Below the pieces are notes generated by a model. It was not told the DNA's origin. It saw only the letters and a list, made by a program, of their open reading frames with translations, and did not search any database. Of a DNA stretch of 20,222 bases, positions 1 through 7,474 are shown piece by piece; positions within the stretch are counted from its first letter, which is position 1, and the number at the start of each line of letters is the position of its first letter. The DNA is from Candidatus Zixiibacteriota bacterium (GTDB lineage Bacteria; Zixibacteria; MSB-5A5; CAIYYT01), in contig JBECKX010000187.1 in the NCBI GenBank assembly GCA_040235515.1, positions 1 to 20,222 on the forward strand, read 5' to 3'. A program made the position numbers and the translations under genes.

Positions 1-495
1 GGTCGGAGCCTCGCCTGCCAGCGGACAATCTGGCATCTGGACAAGGTCGGTGAAGCGGAAGCCAATCACGCTGCGGACCTGCTCGCGGAGTTCGTCGGAG
101 CCGACTACACTCTGGGGATTGAGTGCATGAGCTGGGAGCAACTGGCGGAAATTGAAAAGGCAGGTGTTTCGGTGGAGTCGCACACCGTCAATCACCCAAA
201 ACTCACCCGGGTGGAGCAATCGCAGGCACTTGCGGAGCTGGTGGATAGCAAGGCGATGATCGAACAAAGGCTGAACAAACGTGTCAGCGCCATTTGTTAT
301 CCGGGAGGGCATTTCGATGGTCGAGTTACGAAACTGGCTCAAGAGGCGGGTTACAGACTTGGACTGACGACAAACTTCGCTTTTTGCCGCCCCGGTAGAG
401 CGGGGGAGCTGTTCACGCTTCCAAGATTCGACATGCGCGGTGAAGACAGGGCGCTGGCAGAGAGATATCTCGCCTCACTGGTGATCAGGTACTGA
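1..495 (+). CDS. Polysaccharide deacetylase family protein (NodB/CE4), 5'-truncated by the window edge
   Basis: Frame 1 is open from base 1 to TGA 493-495. Motifs MSWEQL, ESHTVNHP (HxxxH metal ligands), CYPGG (YPxG) and LPRF are typical of CE4 deacetylases. Confidence 0.85.
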   Translation, partial: GRSLACQRTIWHLDKVGEAEANHAADLLAEFVGADYTLGIECMSWEQLAEIEKAGVSVESHTVNHPKLTRVEQSQALAELVDSKAMIEQRLNKRVSAICYPGGHFDGRVTKLAQEAGYRLGLTTNFAFCRPGRAGELFTLPRFDMRGEDRALAERYLASLVIRY

Positions 496-614
496 GGAGC
501 TTTTTTTGATCTTTTTTTCTAATCCTGAAACTTCGCCGAGTCACGGTTTGTAAAAACTGCGAAGGCACAACAAAATCTCATGAAGGATTACAGCAAATCA
601 AATTCATATGGGTG

Positions 615-642
615 GGAACATCGTCCAATTGGCGGCTGTTGT
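615..642 (+). promoter_or_regulatory. Putative ECF-sigma promoter upstream of the DUF59 gene
   Basis: GGAAC (615-619)-N18-GTTG (638-641), resembling SigR/SigH-type GGAAY-N18-GTT; the same geometry recurs at two other sites in the window. Confidence 0.4.
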
Positions 643-712
643 TCTAAGACGATACTGCGAACAGACCTATCCGACCAATTGAGTGCGGAGTTCAGCCATA
701 TGGAGGAATCGA

Positions 713-1012
713 TTGCTTACTGAAGAGAAAGTTTACGAAACCTTGCGCGAGTGCTACGATCCGGAGATTCCGGTCAATATCGTCGACTTAGGATTGGTTT
801 ATGACGTGCGCATCGATGGCGGCAAGGTGGAGGTTGATTTCACCCTGACGGCACCCGGCTGTGGAATGGCAAATGTTATTCAGGAAGATATTCGCACCAG
901 GTTGCTGGCCACCGATGGCGTCGAGGAGGCAGTCGTAAACATTGTCTGGGACCCGCTCTGGACGCCGGACAAGATGTCGGACGATGCAAAAATGGCACTC
1001 GGCATGGGTTGA
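713..1012 (+). CDS. DUF59 / SufT-PaaD-like metal-sulfur cluster assembly factor (99 aa)
   Basis: Motifs DPEIPVNIVDLGLVY, TLTAPGCG and WDPLWTPDKMS. Start moved from GTG 683 to TTG 713 because GGAGG (702-706) lies 6 nt upstream. Confidence 0.9.
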   Translation: MLTEEKVYETLRECYDPEIPVNIVDLGLVYDVRIDGGKVEVDFTLTAPGCGMANVIQEDIRTRLLATDGVEEAVVNIVWDPLWTPDKMSDDAKMALGMG

Positions 1013-1063
1013 TTGAAAAGCTTTTACTTAAGGAATACTGGAATAACACCAGGAGAAATGTTG

Positions 1064-1092
1064 TTGACAAACTTGGAGGTGCTGAGTAGTTT
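1064..1092 (+). promoter_or_regulatory. Putative sigma70 promoter for the cohesin-like gene
   Basis: Perfect TTGACA (1064-1069), 17-nt spacer, TAGTTT (1087-1092). Confidence 0.55.
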
Positions 1093-1238
1093 ATAGTAGT
1101 TAACGAGACTTTGCGGGTGGCTCTCCAACCCGAGACCGCAATCCTGGCGGCAGAAACACGCAAGGACCTTCCTGGTGCGAAAGCATCAAGCACAATAGTT
1201 CACGCATATAGAAAAAACCGTATTATGTTTCTTGGAGA

Positions 1239-1258
1239 TTGACTTATGTCTAAGTCAA
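1239..1258. promoter_or_regulatory. Perfect 8-bp inverted repeat (operator or leader hairpin)
   Basis: TTGACTTA-TGTC-TAAGTCAA, 37 nt upstream of ATG 1296. Confidence 0.45.
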
Positions 1259-1295
1259 CCCAAAACCCTAAGCCCTGTGAGGGGGTGATTTCTGG

Positions 1296-2147
1296 ATGAA
1301 GCGTTCAATCGCTCTAACCCTCGTTCTTTTGCTGCTGGCAGTACCGGCAGTAGTTGCCACGGATCTAGGCAATCGTGACATCTTCAGAATCGGTGAGGCT
1401 CAGTTCAGCTCTCAATCGGAATTCACTATCGCACTCAATGTCGTCAATGACGAAGACATCGTTGCGATGGATATTCCGCTCGAGTTCACCGAAGGTGTGA
1501 CGCTTTCGAAGGTTACCTTCGAAAACACGAACGTCGAAGGATTCGACGTCAAGATCGCGAATATCGATAATGACCAGAATCGCGTCGTGATTGGCCTGGT
1601 ATCTATGCTGAATGCTCCTCGTGAAGGCGCATTCCTGAAACCCGCTGCTCGTGGTGAAAACACGGTAGCAGTTCTGCATTTCACTGTGGATGATGTCGCT
1701 CTGGAAAGTGTTGACTTCAGTGTCTTCACTACCGAGAATCCGAATCATGACCTTACTTACATCTACAATCAGAATGTGGATGGAGTACCGCATGTGACGG
1801 AAATCAGTCCAGAGTTTGTAGGCGGCAACGTTGCGTTGAATTCGCAAGCTCCTGGTGTCGCTCTTCCGACGGAATTTGCACTGTCGCAGAACGTTCCGAA
1901 CCCGTTTAACCCGACTACTCAAGTTTCTTTCGCGCTTCCCAAGGCCGCCAATGTGAATCTCACGATTTACAACGTTCTTGGTCAGCAGGTGAAGACCCTT
2001 GTCAACCAGGAAATGGCTGCCGGCGTGCAGACCGTTGAATGGGACGGCACCGACAATACCGGTCGTACCGTCGCGTCGGGTGTTTACTTCTATCGTCTTA
2101 ATGCCGGAGAATTCCAGGCTACTAAGAAGATGCTGATGCTGAAGTAA
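1296..2147 (+). CDS. Secreted protein: signal peptide + cohesin-like beta-sandwich + C-terminal T9SS type-A/FlgD-Ig sorting domain
   Basis: Hydrophobic signal MKRSIALTLVLLLLAVPAVVA. The C-terminus LPTEFALSQNVPNPFNP...IYNVLGQ...WDGTD...ASGVYFYRL...KKMLMLK is the classic CTD pattern. The N-domain pattern (FTIALNVVND..IVAMDIPLEF..LSKVTF..NRVVIG..VAVLHFTV) resembles cohesin; that part is less certain. Confidence 0.8.
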   Translation: MKRSIALTLVLLLLAVPAVVATDLGNRDIFRIGEAQFSSQSEFTIALNVVNDEDIVAMDIPLEFTEGVTLSKVTFENTNVEGFDVKIANIDNDQNRVVIGLVSMLNAPREGAFLKPAARGENTVAVLHFTVDDVALESVDFSVFTTENPNHDLTYIYNQNVDGVPHVTEISPEFVGGNVALNSQAPGVALPTEFALSQNVPNPFNPTTQVSFALPKAANVNLTIYNVLGQQVKTLVNQEMAAGVQTVEWDGTDNTGRTVASGVYFYRLNAGEFQATKKMLMLK

Positions 2148-2217
2148 ACCTGTTTGAATTCTGTTCACTTCGGTGGATAGACCCGAGCTGAAAGCTCGCA
2201 ACAACAGATGTGAAGAC

Positions 2218-2251
2218 AAAAGCGCCCTGTAGAAGGCAACAGGGCGCTTTT
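2218..2251. terminator. Bidirectional intrinsic terminator between convergent genes
   Basis: AAAAGCGCCCTGT-AGAAGGCA-ACAGGGCGCTTTT: perfect 13-bp inverted repeat with an A-run before and a T-run after. Confidence 0.85.
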
Positions 2252-2379
2252 CTTATGCTCGACCGCGTCGCAAATGGAGCACTCTGCCTGGAGCAGAGAC
2301 CTTGAAGTGAAGCTAATAGGGGGGAGACGTCTTGTAAGGCTGCCGGTCAGGTTATGCCGGCGTTGTGCAGTAGATCATC

Positions 2380-2976
2380 CTACCAGAACCAGCCGACACT
2401 CACTACACCGGAAACGAAATTTACAGTCACATCCTCGATGTCAAGCCACACATAACGCACAGACGGCACGATCGCGAAGTTCTTCTTCAGCCTCAACTCC
2501 GCGCCTGCCGCCAGGGTGAAACCATACCCTGAGTCAGAACGCGAAACCAACCGACTCGGTCCGAACGGGGAGTCGACCGAATCATCGGAAACTTCAATGT
2601 TGCCTACCGTCGGACCGGCTCTCAGGAAGAGATACTCGATCGGGTAAACCGTCATCGTCGCAGCGCCACTTACCAATGTCCAGTCAGCGCCATCAACCTC
2701 TTTCACCCAGCCGTTTGTCTCAACGCCAAAGAGGAATACCTGGTTGAGCGCCCCGCCCACGAAGAAATGTCCGGCGATACTCCCCTCGTCATTAAAGTCA
2801 CGCGATACGATTTCGTCGTTTGGCAGATCAAAACTGGCGCTGCCATATCCGACGCCGAAGCCAACATACAAGCCGGTGTGGTCATTGGGGTAAAGACCGG
2901 CGTAACTGGTAGCCGGAAGCAACAGCAAAATCAGGGCTGAAACTAGTCGATGAGATAACTTCAACTGTCCTGGCAT
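2380..2976 (-). CDS. Small outer-membrane beta-barrel protein (OmpA-like transmembrane/porin family), paralog 1
   Basis: Signal peptide ending SYA, Gly/aromatic alternating strands (GLYVGFGVGYG, GFTLAAGAELRL), C-terminal GWFW, SD GGAG upstream. Confidence 0.8.
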   Translation of the reverse strand: MPGQLKLSHRLVSALILLLLPATSYAGLYPNDHTGLYVGFGVGYGSASFDLPNDEIVSRDFNDEGSIAGHFFVGGALNQVFLFGVETNGWVKEVDGADWTLVSGAATMTVYPIEYLFLRAGPTVGNIEVSDDSVDSPFGPSRLVSRSDSGYGFTLAAGAELRLKKNFAIVPSVRYVWLDIEDVTVNFVSGVVSVGWFW

Positions 2977-3039
2977 CTGGTCTCCATTGGTTTATTCCGA
3001 TGAATATCTATCTGATCATGAACCGGTACGACTCTTTGA

Positions 3040-3067
3040 GTAACGTGCAATGGCGCAATCATGTTCA
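3040..3067 (-). promoter_or_regulatory. Putative ECF-sigma promoter upstream of OMP paralog 1
   Basis: Minus strand TGAACA-N16-CGTTAC, located just downstream of the terminator of paralog 2. Confidence 0.4.
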
Positions 3068-3086
3068 GGCGGAAGTGCATTAAGGC

Positions 3087-3122
3087 AAAAAAAAGTGCGG
3101 ACGGCCCAGGAGCCGCCCGCAT
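3087..3122 (-). terminator. Intrinsic terminator after OMP paralog 2
   Basis: Minus strand ATGCGGGCGGC-TCCTGG-GCCGTCCGCAC hairpin followed by T8. Confidence 0.8.
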
Positions 3123-3147
3123 CGTAAATTGTACGACTGTAAGCGAT

Positions 3148-3762
3148 CTACCAGAACCAGCCCACTCCAAGCGTCAATGAGAAGAAGCTCACGTCGGCAT
3201 CCACTTCGCCAAATCCGAGATCCGCAGTGATTCGTTGCCACATCCATTGCGCTGAAGGCACCAGTGCGAATCGTCTCGTCAAGCGCAGTTCACCACCGGC
3301 TCCAAACATGAATCCGCCGCCAGTGGCGTCATTGGTGTACTTGCCACCGGAGCCCTCCGGCTTGAACTCGTAGTTCACTATCCCCAACGCCGGTCCAGCC
3401 TTGATGAAGAAATAGTGGGTTGGATAGAAAGTCACAGTTGCGGCGACATTACTCACCGTCCAGGTCTCTGTTCCATCCAGTTCGTCGCCGGTGAACACAT
3501 CATATTGCTTGGTCCATGCGTTCGACTCGATGCCGAGGAGAACTGTCTGGCTCACTGCACCGCCGAGTCGAAGCTGACCGGCTCCGCTGCTTTCAGCATC
3601 GCTTTCGTAATTGTCAATATTGACCTTTGCGGAACCGCCACCGATTCCCAGTCCAATGTAGAACCCGGTGTGATCGTCAGGTTTGAGCTCTGCGCTTGAT
3701 GTGCTTGGGAACAGCAGGGCAGCGGCAAATAAGACCGCAGTGATGAGCGTGAGAGATTTCAT
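3148..3762 (-). CDS. Small outer-membrane beta-barrel protein, paralog 2
   Basis: Signal peptide, GFYIGLGIGGG, GFMFGAGGELRL, C-terminal GVGWFW, strong SD GGAGGTG; clearly alignable with paralog 1. Confidence 0.8.
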   Translation of the reverse strand: MKSLTLITAVLFAAALLFPSTSSAELKPDDHTGFYIGLGIGGGSAKVNIDNYESDAESSGAGQLRLGGAVSQTVLLGIESNAWTKQYDVFTGDELDGTETWTVSNVAATVTFYPTHYFFIKAGPALGIVNYEFKPEGSGGKYTNDATGGGFMFGAGGELRLTRRFALVPSAQWMWQRITADLGFGEVDADVSFFSLTLGVGWFW

Positions 3763-3847
3763 ATCACCTCCGAAATGATCCGACTTCTTTTGCTTGAAAT
3801 TTCAGCAATTCAACAGCTGAGGCAAGGCAAAAGACTTTAGTGAAGAA

Positions 3848-4417
3848 TTACGGCATAAATCCAATGCCAATCGAGAACGCCACGATTTTGCTCTCGAAGT
3901 CATCAAAGTTCAGATATGCAAACTTGAGGCAAGGAAGAAGCGACCAGCGCTGGGAGATAGGGAAATCGCATCCGACTGTGGCGGCGAATCCTAAGCCGAC
4001 CGTATATATCGACTGATCGAATATCCCAGGGAGATCTTCGTAATGAACAAGCTTACCATAGCTAGGCCCAGCTTGAAGGTATAGGTTCCTCGTCAGGTAG
4101 TAGGCGACGCTGAAATCGCCGCCTGTTAGCACCCAGCTATCGTCCCGAATTTCAAAGAAATAGTCTAGCTGCTCATACATTACTAACACTCTGCCCCCTA
4201 GTCGAAGTCCGACTGCGAGATTCAGAGCAACGCCGGATCTCCACTTGTGAGAGTCGACAAGTGGTCCAAAGGGAGCGTTTGGCTGAACAGACGATACTCC
4301 CATATCCAACCGCACTACAAACCCGTGATACCCCTTATCTTCAAATCGTTCGGTACCTGTTACTGTTGAAGCCATGAGCAGTAGCAGCATGACCACGAAT
4401 GAAGAAGCTAGTTTCAT
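3848..4417 (-). CDS. Probable outer-membrane beta-barrel protein, divergent paralog 3
   Basis: Signal-like N-terminus; VAYYLTRNLYLQAGPSYG and GLGFAATVGCDFPISQRWSLLP parallel the strands of paralogs 1 and 2; ends IGIGFMP. Confidence 0.65.
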   Translation of the reverse strand: MKLASSFVVMLLLLMASTVTGTERFEDKGYHGFVVRLDMGVSSVQPNAPFGPLVDSHKWRSGVALNLAVGLRLGGRVLVMYEQLDYFFEIRDDSWVLTGGDFSVAYYLTRNLYLQAGPSYGKLVHYEDLPGIFDQSIYTVGLGFAATVGCDFPISQRWSLLPCLKFAYLNFDDFESKIVAFSIGIGFMP

Positions 4418-4575
4418 TGTAGTTTCCCTTTGGGTTTAGCGTCTAAGTTAGTTCGCGTCTAAGCAGGATATGACTGCCGCAAATTGCACTCTGAAAAATA
4501 GTAAAGTTATGCCATGATGTCACGGAATTTCTGGCGGCCACCTTTTCCCAAGGAACTGAACGGAGCGGTTGATTT

Positions 4576-6840
4576 CTATGCCGGCGCGCCCAACGACTCA
4601 CCTTGTCGTGCGAATTCAATCAACCGTACAACATTGCGCTTTGCCCCTTCTCCAACCTCAATCACAGGCCCGACACATGAAGGACAGCCCTTTTCACATG
4701 GACAGTCATGAATCAGCGCTATGGCGGCAGAGAATATCTCTGGCGCCGTACGAAACAGCTTCTGCGCATACCCGACGCCACCCGGAATGGTCTCATAGAT
4801 GTAAACCGTCGGTTTCTCGGTAAATGCAGACTTCACCTGTGAGATCGAACGGATGTCGCGCGGATCGCACATCAACCACAGCGGGGCGACGATCCCGAGC
4901 ACATTGGCCATCCCGCGCAGGGTAGCGCCAAGCAGGGCGCGACCAAAACCGAGTTGTTCGCCGACGTCCTCCGGGAACTCGCACCAAAAGGAGGTCGTGT
5001 GCATCTCGATCTCAGGCAACGATAACTTGCCGGAGCCGACGTTTTCATGCGTCTCGAACTTGATCTTCTTGAACAGCACGGTCACGTTCGTCAGCGAGAT
5101 TTCACCCCAATGCAGGACCTCATCCTCCTGCAGAATCTCTATCACTTTGAGATCAGCTTTCGTCTCGGCATCGGTGTAGTAGTCAACCTTGTCTTCCTTG
5201 ACGTATGCCTTCTTGCCGTCCCAGTCGAGTTCCATTACCTGGTACTGTCTGCCGAGATGGATGTAGATCGCCTCTGGATGCAGCAACATTGGGGCAGAGA
5301 AGTAGTCCACCTCGCCAATCACCTTGTGCTGATCGCTGGTATTAAGGATCACGAAATTATCGGGTGATGCCGACCGCAGCGAGACCTCAGTCGCCGGATA
5401 TATCTCCGATGACCAGTGCCAGCGCTCTTGTGAAAATCGGAGTATCCCACGCGATTGCAGGTAGTCGAGAATCTCTTCGGTCGTCTCGACACCCATTACT
5501 TCTTCCTTGTGGAAGGGGAGTTCAAAGGCGCCACATTTCAGGTGCGAGGTCAGGATCACAAAGTTATTCGGATCGATAATCCCCATCTCCGGCGGGGCCT
5601 CGAAGAAGTACTCGGGATGATTGACCACATACTGGTTCAGCGCCGAACTCGACGCTACCATGATCGAGACACTCACCGATCCCTTGCGGCCCGCCCGTCC
5701 GGCCTGTTGCCGTGTTGACGCAACGGTGCCGGGATAGCCACAGATGATCGAGACATCCAATCCACCGATATCAATCCCCAACTCGAGAGCATTTGTCGAG
5801 ACCACCCCGGTAATCTCTCCATCCCGTAGCCCCCTTTCAATGGCGCGTCGCTCGTTAGGGAGGTATCCGCCCCGGTAGCCCTCGATCCGCGTTTCAGGGC
5901 AATCGCGGCGCAGATAGGTAAGCAGAAGCTCGACCTGGATCCTGAAAGGCACGAAGACGATGCTTTGAACTTTGTTCTTGAGAAAACGTCGCGCGATACG
6001 GCTGCTCTCAAGCAGCGAGGATTTGCGAATCCCGAGTTGCGGATTGATCACCGGCGGATTATAGAGGATGAAATGCTTCTCACCTGAAGGGGCGCCATTC
6101 TTGTCGACCAGCACCATCGGGCGGGCAGTCAGTCCCTCGGCCAACTCCTGCGGATTGCGAATCGTCGCCGAACAGCAGATGAACTGCGGCTGTGAACCAT
6201 AAAACTTGCAGATTCGCTCCAGCCGCCTCAGCACATTCGCCAGGTGCGAGCCGAACACGCCACGATAGGTATGTACCTCATCGATTACGATGAATTCGAG
6301 ATTCTCAAACAGCTTGATCCATTTGGTGTGGTGGGGGAGGACACCCGAGTGTAGCATATCAGGATTGGTGACGACAATGTGTCCGGCCTTTCGAATCTTC
6401 CGCCTGATCTCCGCCGGAGTGTCGCCATCGAACGTGTACGTGTTGATGTCAAGCCCCAGCACATCGATGACATCCTGCAACTCAGCCATCTGGTCTTGTG
6501 AGAGAGCTTTGGTCGGGAAGAGATAGAGTGCACGCGCCTCCGGTTTTTCAATCATCCGCGTCAACACCGGGAGGTTGTAGCTCAATGTCTTGCCCGATGC
6601 CGTCGGGGTCACCACCGTCACATTCTTGCCGCTCGTGACAGCGTCGAATACTTCTGCCTGGTGCGAATAGAGCCTCGTAATCCCTTTCTTCTCCAGAGCG
6701 CGCTTCAATACCTGCGGAACCGTGGCAGGGAACTCTACAAACGCAGCAGGGCGCGGTTGTGCGACATTCCACTCGGTAACATTCTCCATGAATGTCGGAT
6801 CGTTGCGGAGCTGTTCCAGAACCTGTTCGGCGGAAAGCAT
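4576..6840 (-). CDS. mrfA: DEAD/DEAH-box SF2 helicase with C-terminal DUF1998 Zn-binding domain (MrfA/YprA/SftH/Hrq1 family)
   Basis: LYSHQ (Q motif), PTASGKT, LFPTKALSQDQ, TNPDMLH, DEVH, SAT, LELGIDIG, QQAGRAGR; C-terminal YETIPGGVG and CPCEKGCPSC. Confidence 0.9.
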   Translation of the reverse strand: MLSAEQVLEQLRNDPTFMENVTEWNVAQPRPAAFVEFPATVPQVLKRALEKKGITRLYSHQAEVFDAVTSGKNVTVVTPTASGKTLSYNLPVLTRMIEKPEARALYLFPTKALSQDQMAELQDVIDVLGLDINTYTFDGDTPAEIRRKIRKAGHIVVTNPDMLHSGVLPHHTKWIKLFENLEFIVIDEVHTYRGVFGSHLANVLRRLERICKFYGSQPQFICCSATIRNPQELAEGLTARPMVLVDKNGAPSGEKHFILYNPPVINPQLGIRKSSLLESSRIARRFLKNKVQSIVFVPFRIQVELLLTYLRRDCPETRIEGYRGGYLPNERRAIERGLRDGEITGVVSTNALELGIDIGGLDVSIICGYPGTVASTRQQAGRAGRKGSVSVSIMVASSSALNQYVVNHPEYFFEAPPEMGIIDPNNFVILTSHLKCGAFELPFHKEEVMGVETTEEILDYLQSRGILRFSQERWHWSSEIYPATEVSLRSASPDNFVILNTSDQHKVIGEVDYFSAPMLLHPEAIYIHLGRQYQVMELDWDGKKAYVKEDKVDYYTDAETKADLKVIEILQEDEVLHWGEISLTNVTVLFKKIKFETHENVGSGKLSLPEIEMHTTSFWCEFPEDVGEQLGFGRALLGATLRGMANVLGIVAPLWLMCDPRDIRSISQVKSAFTEKPTVYIYETIPGGVGYAQKLFRTAPEIFSAAIALIHDCPCEKGCPSCVGPVIEVGEGAKRNVVRLIEFARQGESLGAPA

Positions 6841-6869
6841 CGGAGTCAGAAACCTCTCAGGGAAGTAGC

Positions 6870-7412
6870 CTAAAGCACCTTCATGTAGACACGCTTGCAG
6901 ATATCGCAGAATTTCTCCGACTTCTGATCGATGTCATACATCTCACTCGAATTGTACATCACACACTTTGGATTGCGGCAGAAGGGGATCGAAAAGAGCG
7001 CTCCCACAATCCGCGTGGCCTCTTTCACCAGTCGGTGATAAATCATCTTTTCGTCATCGGGAAGACCATAGAACTGCTGCTTGAGCTGGAATAACGACAC
7101 GACCCCGGTGCCGCCCAGCGCATCGAAATCGCTGACCAGCACATGATGGTTTGCGTTGTAGATGTCGTCCTCGAGAATGCCGAGAATCCGCTCGCGATCA
7201 TGTGTCTTAAGCAGCTCGAGCTTCTGCAGGATCATCGTCGAGAAGTATTGTCCCTTGATCAGGTCAAACGCCTCATTCGGCGGCTTGATTCCCTGCAGAA
7301 TATCCACGCTATGCCCGAATCGGCTCGATAGGGCGGTGGAGAGCTTGTTGATCTGAAAGAAATCAACATCTCCTAGGGGGACGATAACGATCTTTGCTCT
7401 GTGTCTTCTCAT
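6870..7412 (-). CDS. Archaemetzincin (peptidase M54)-like protein with degenerate catalytic motif
   Basis: GQYFSTMIL, ILGILEDDIY, GVVSLFQL, RLVKEA and C-x4-CVM-x13-FC-x2-C match archaemetzincins, but HExGHxxGxxH reads RIVGALFSIPF. Confidence 0.8.
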   Translation of the reverse strand: MRRHRAKIVIVPLGDVDFFQINKLSTALSSRFGHSVDILQGIKPPNEAFDLIKGQYFSTMILQKLELLKTHDRERILGILEDDIYNANHHVLVSDFDALGGTGVVSLFQLKQQFYGLPDDEKMIYHRLVKEATRIVGALFSIPFCRNPKCVMYNSSEMYDIDQKSEKFCDICKRVYMKVL

Positions 7413-7474
7413 GCTTTCAAGCTAAGCCGGGCAATGGCCCGAACGGAGTATCCTTTGCAGTATCCAGCTATTCT

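Noticed and set aside
1140..1190. c-di-GMP-I riboswitch, prompted by GGCAGAAAC/ACGCAA and a GAAA loop
   Set aside because: Element order and pairing do not fit the GGCAAAC-stem-GNRA-stem-GACGCAAA architecture; retained only as an unclassified structured leader.
1365..2219. 284-aa antisense ORF over the cohesin-like gene
   Set aside because: Codon-aligned shadow of a strongly biased sense gene, with no recognisable motifs. The same applies to 18594..19340, 13080..13691, 11083..11631 and other antisense ORFs.
4576..6840. DUF1998 helicase as an anti-phage system (DISARM, Druantia, Dpd)
   Set aside because: Size and motifs fit the housekeeping MrfA/YprA type, and there are no adjacent DNA methylase, PLD nuclease or other defence genes.
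6870..7412. Calling the archaemetzincin-like gene a pseudogene
   Set aside because: No frameshift or premature stop, full length, and structural residues are conserved while catalytic ones are selectively lost.
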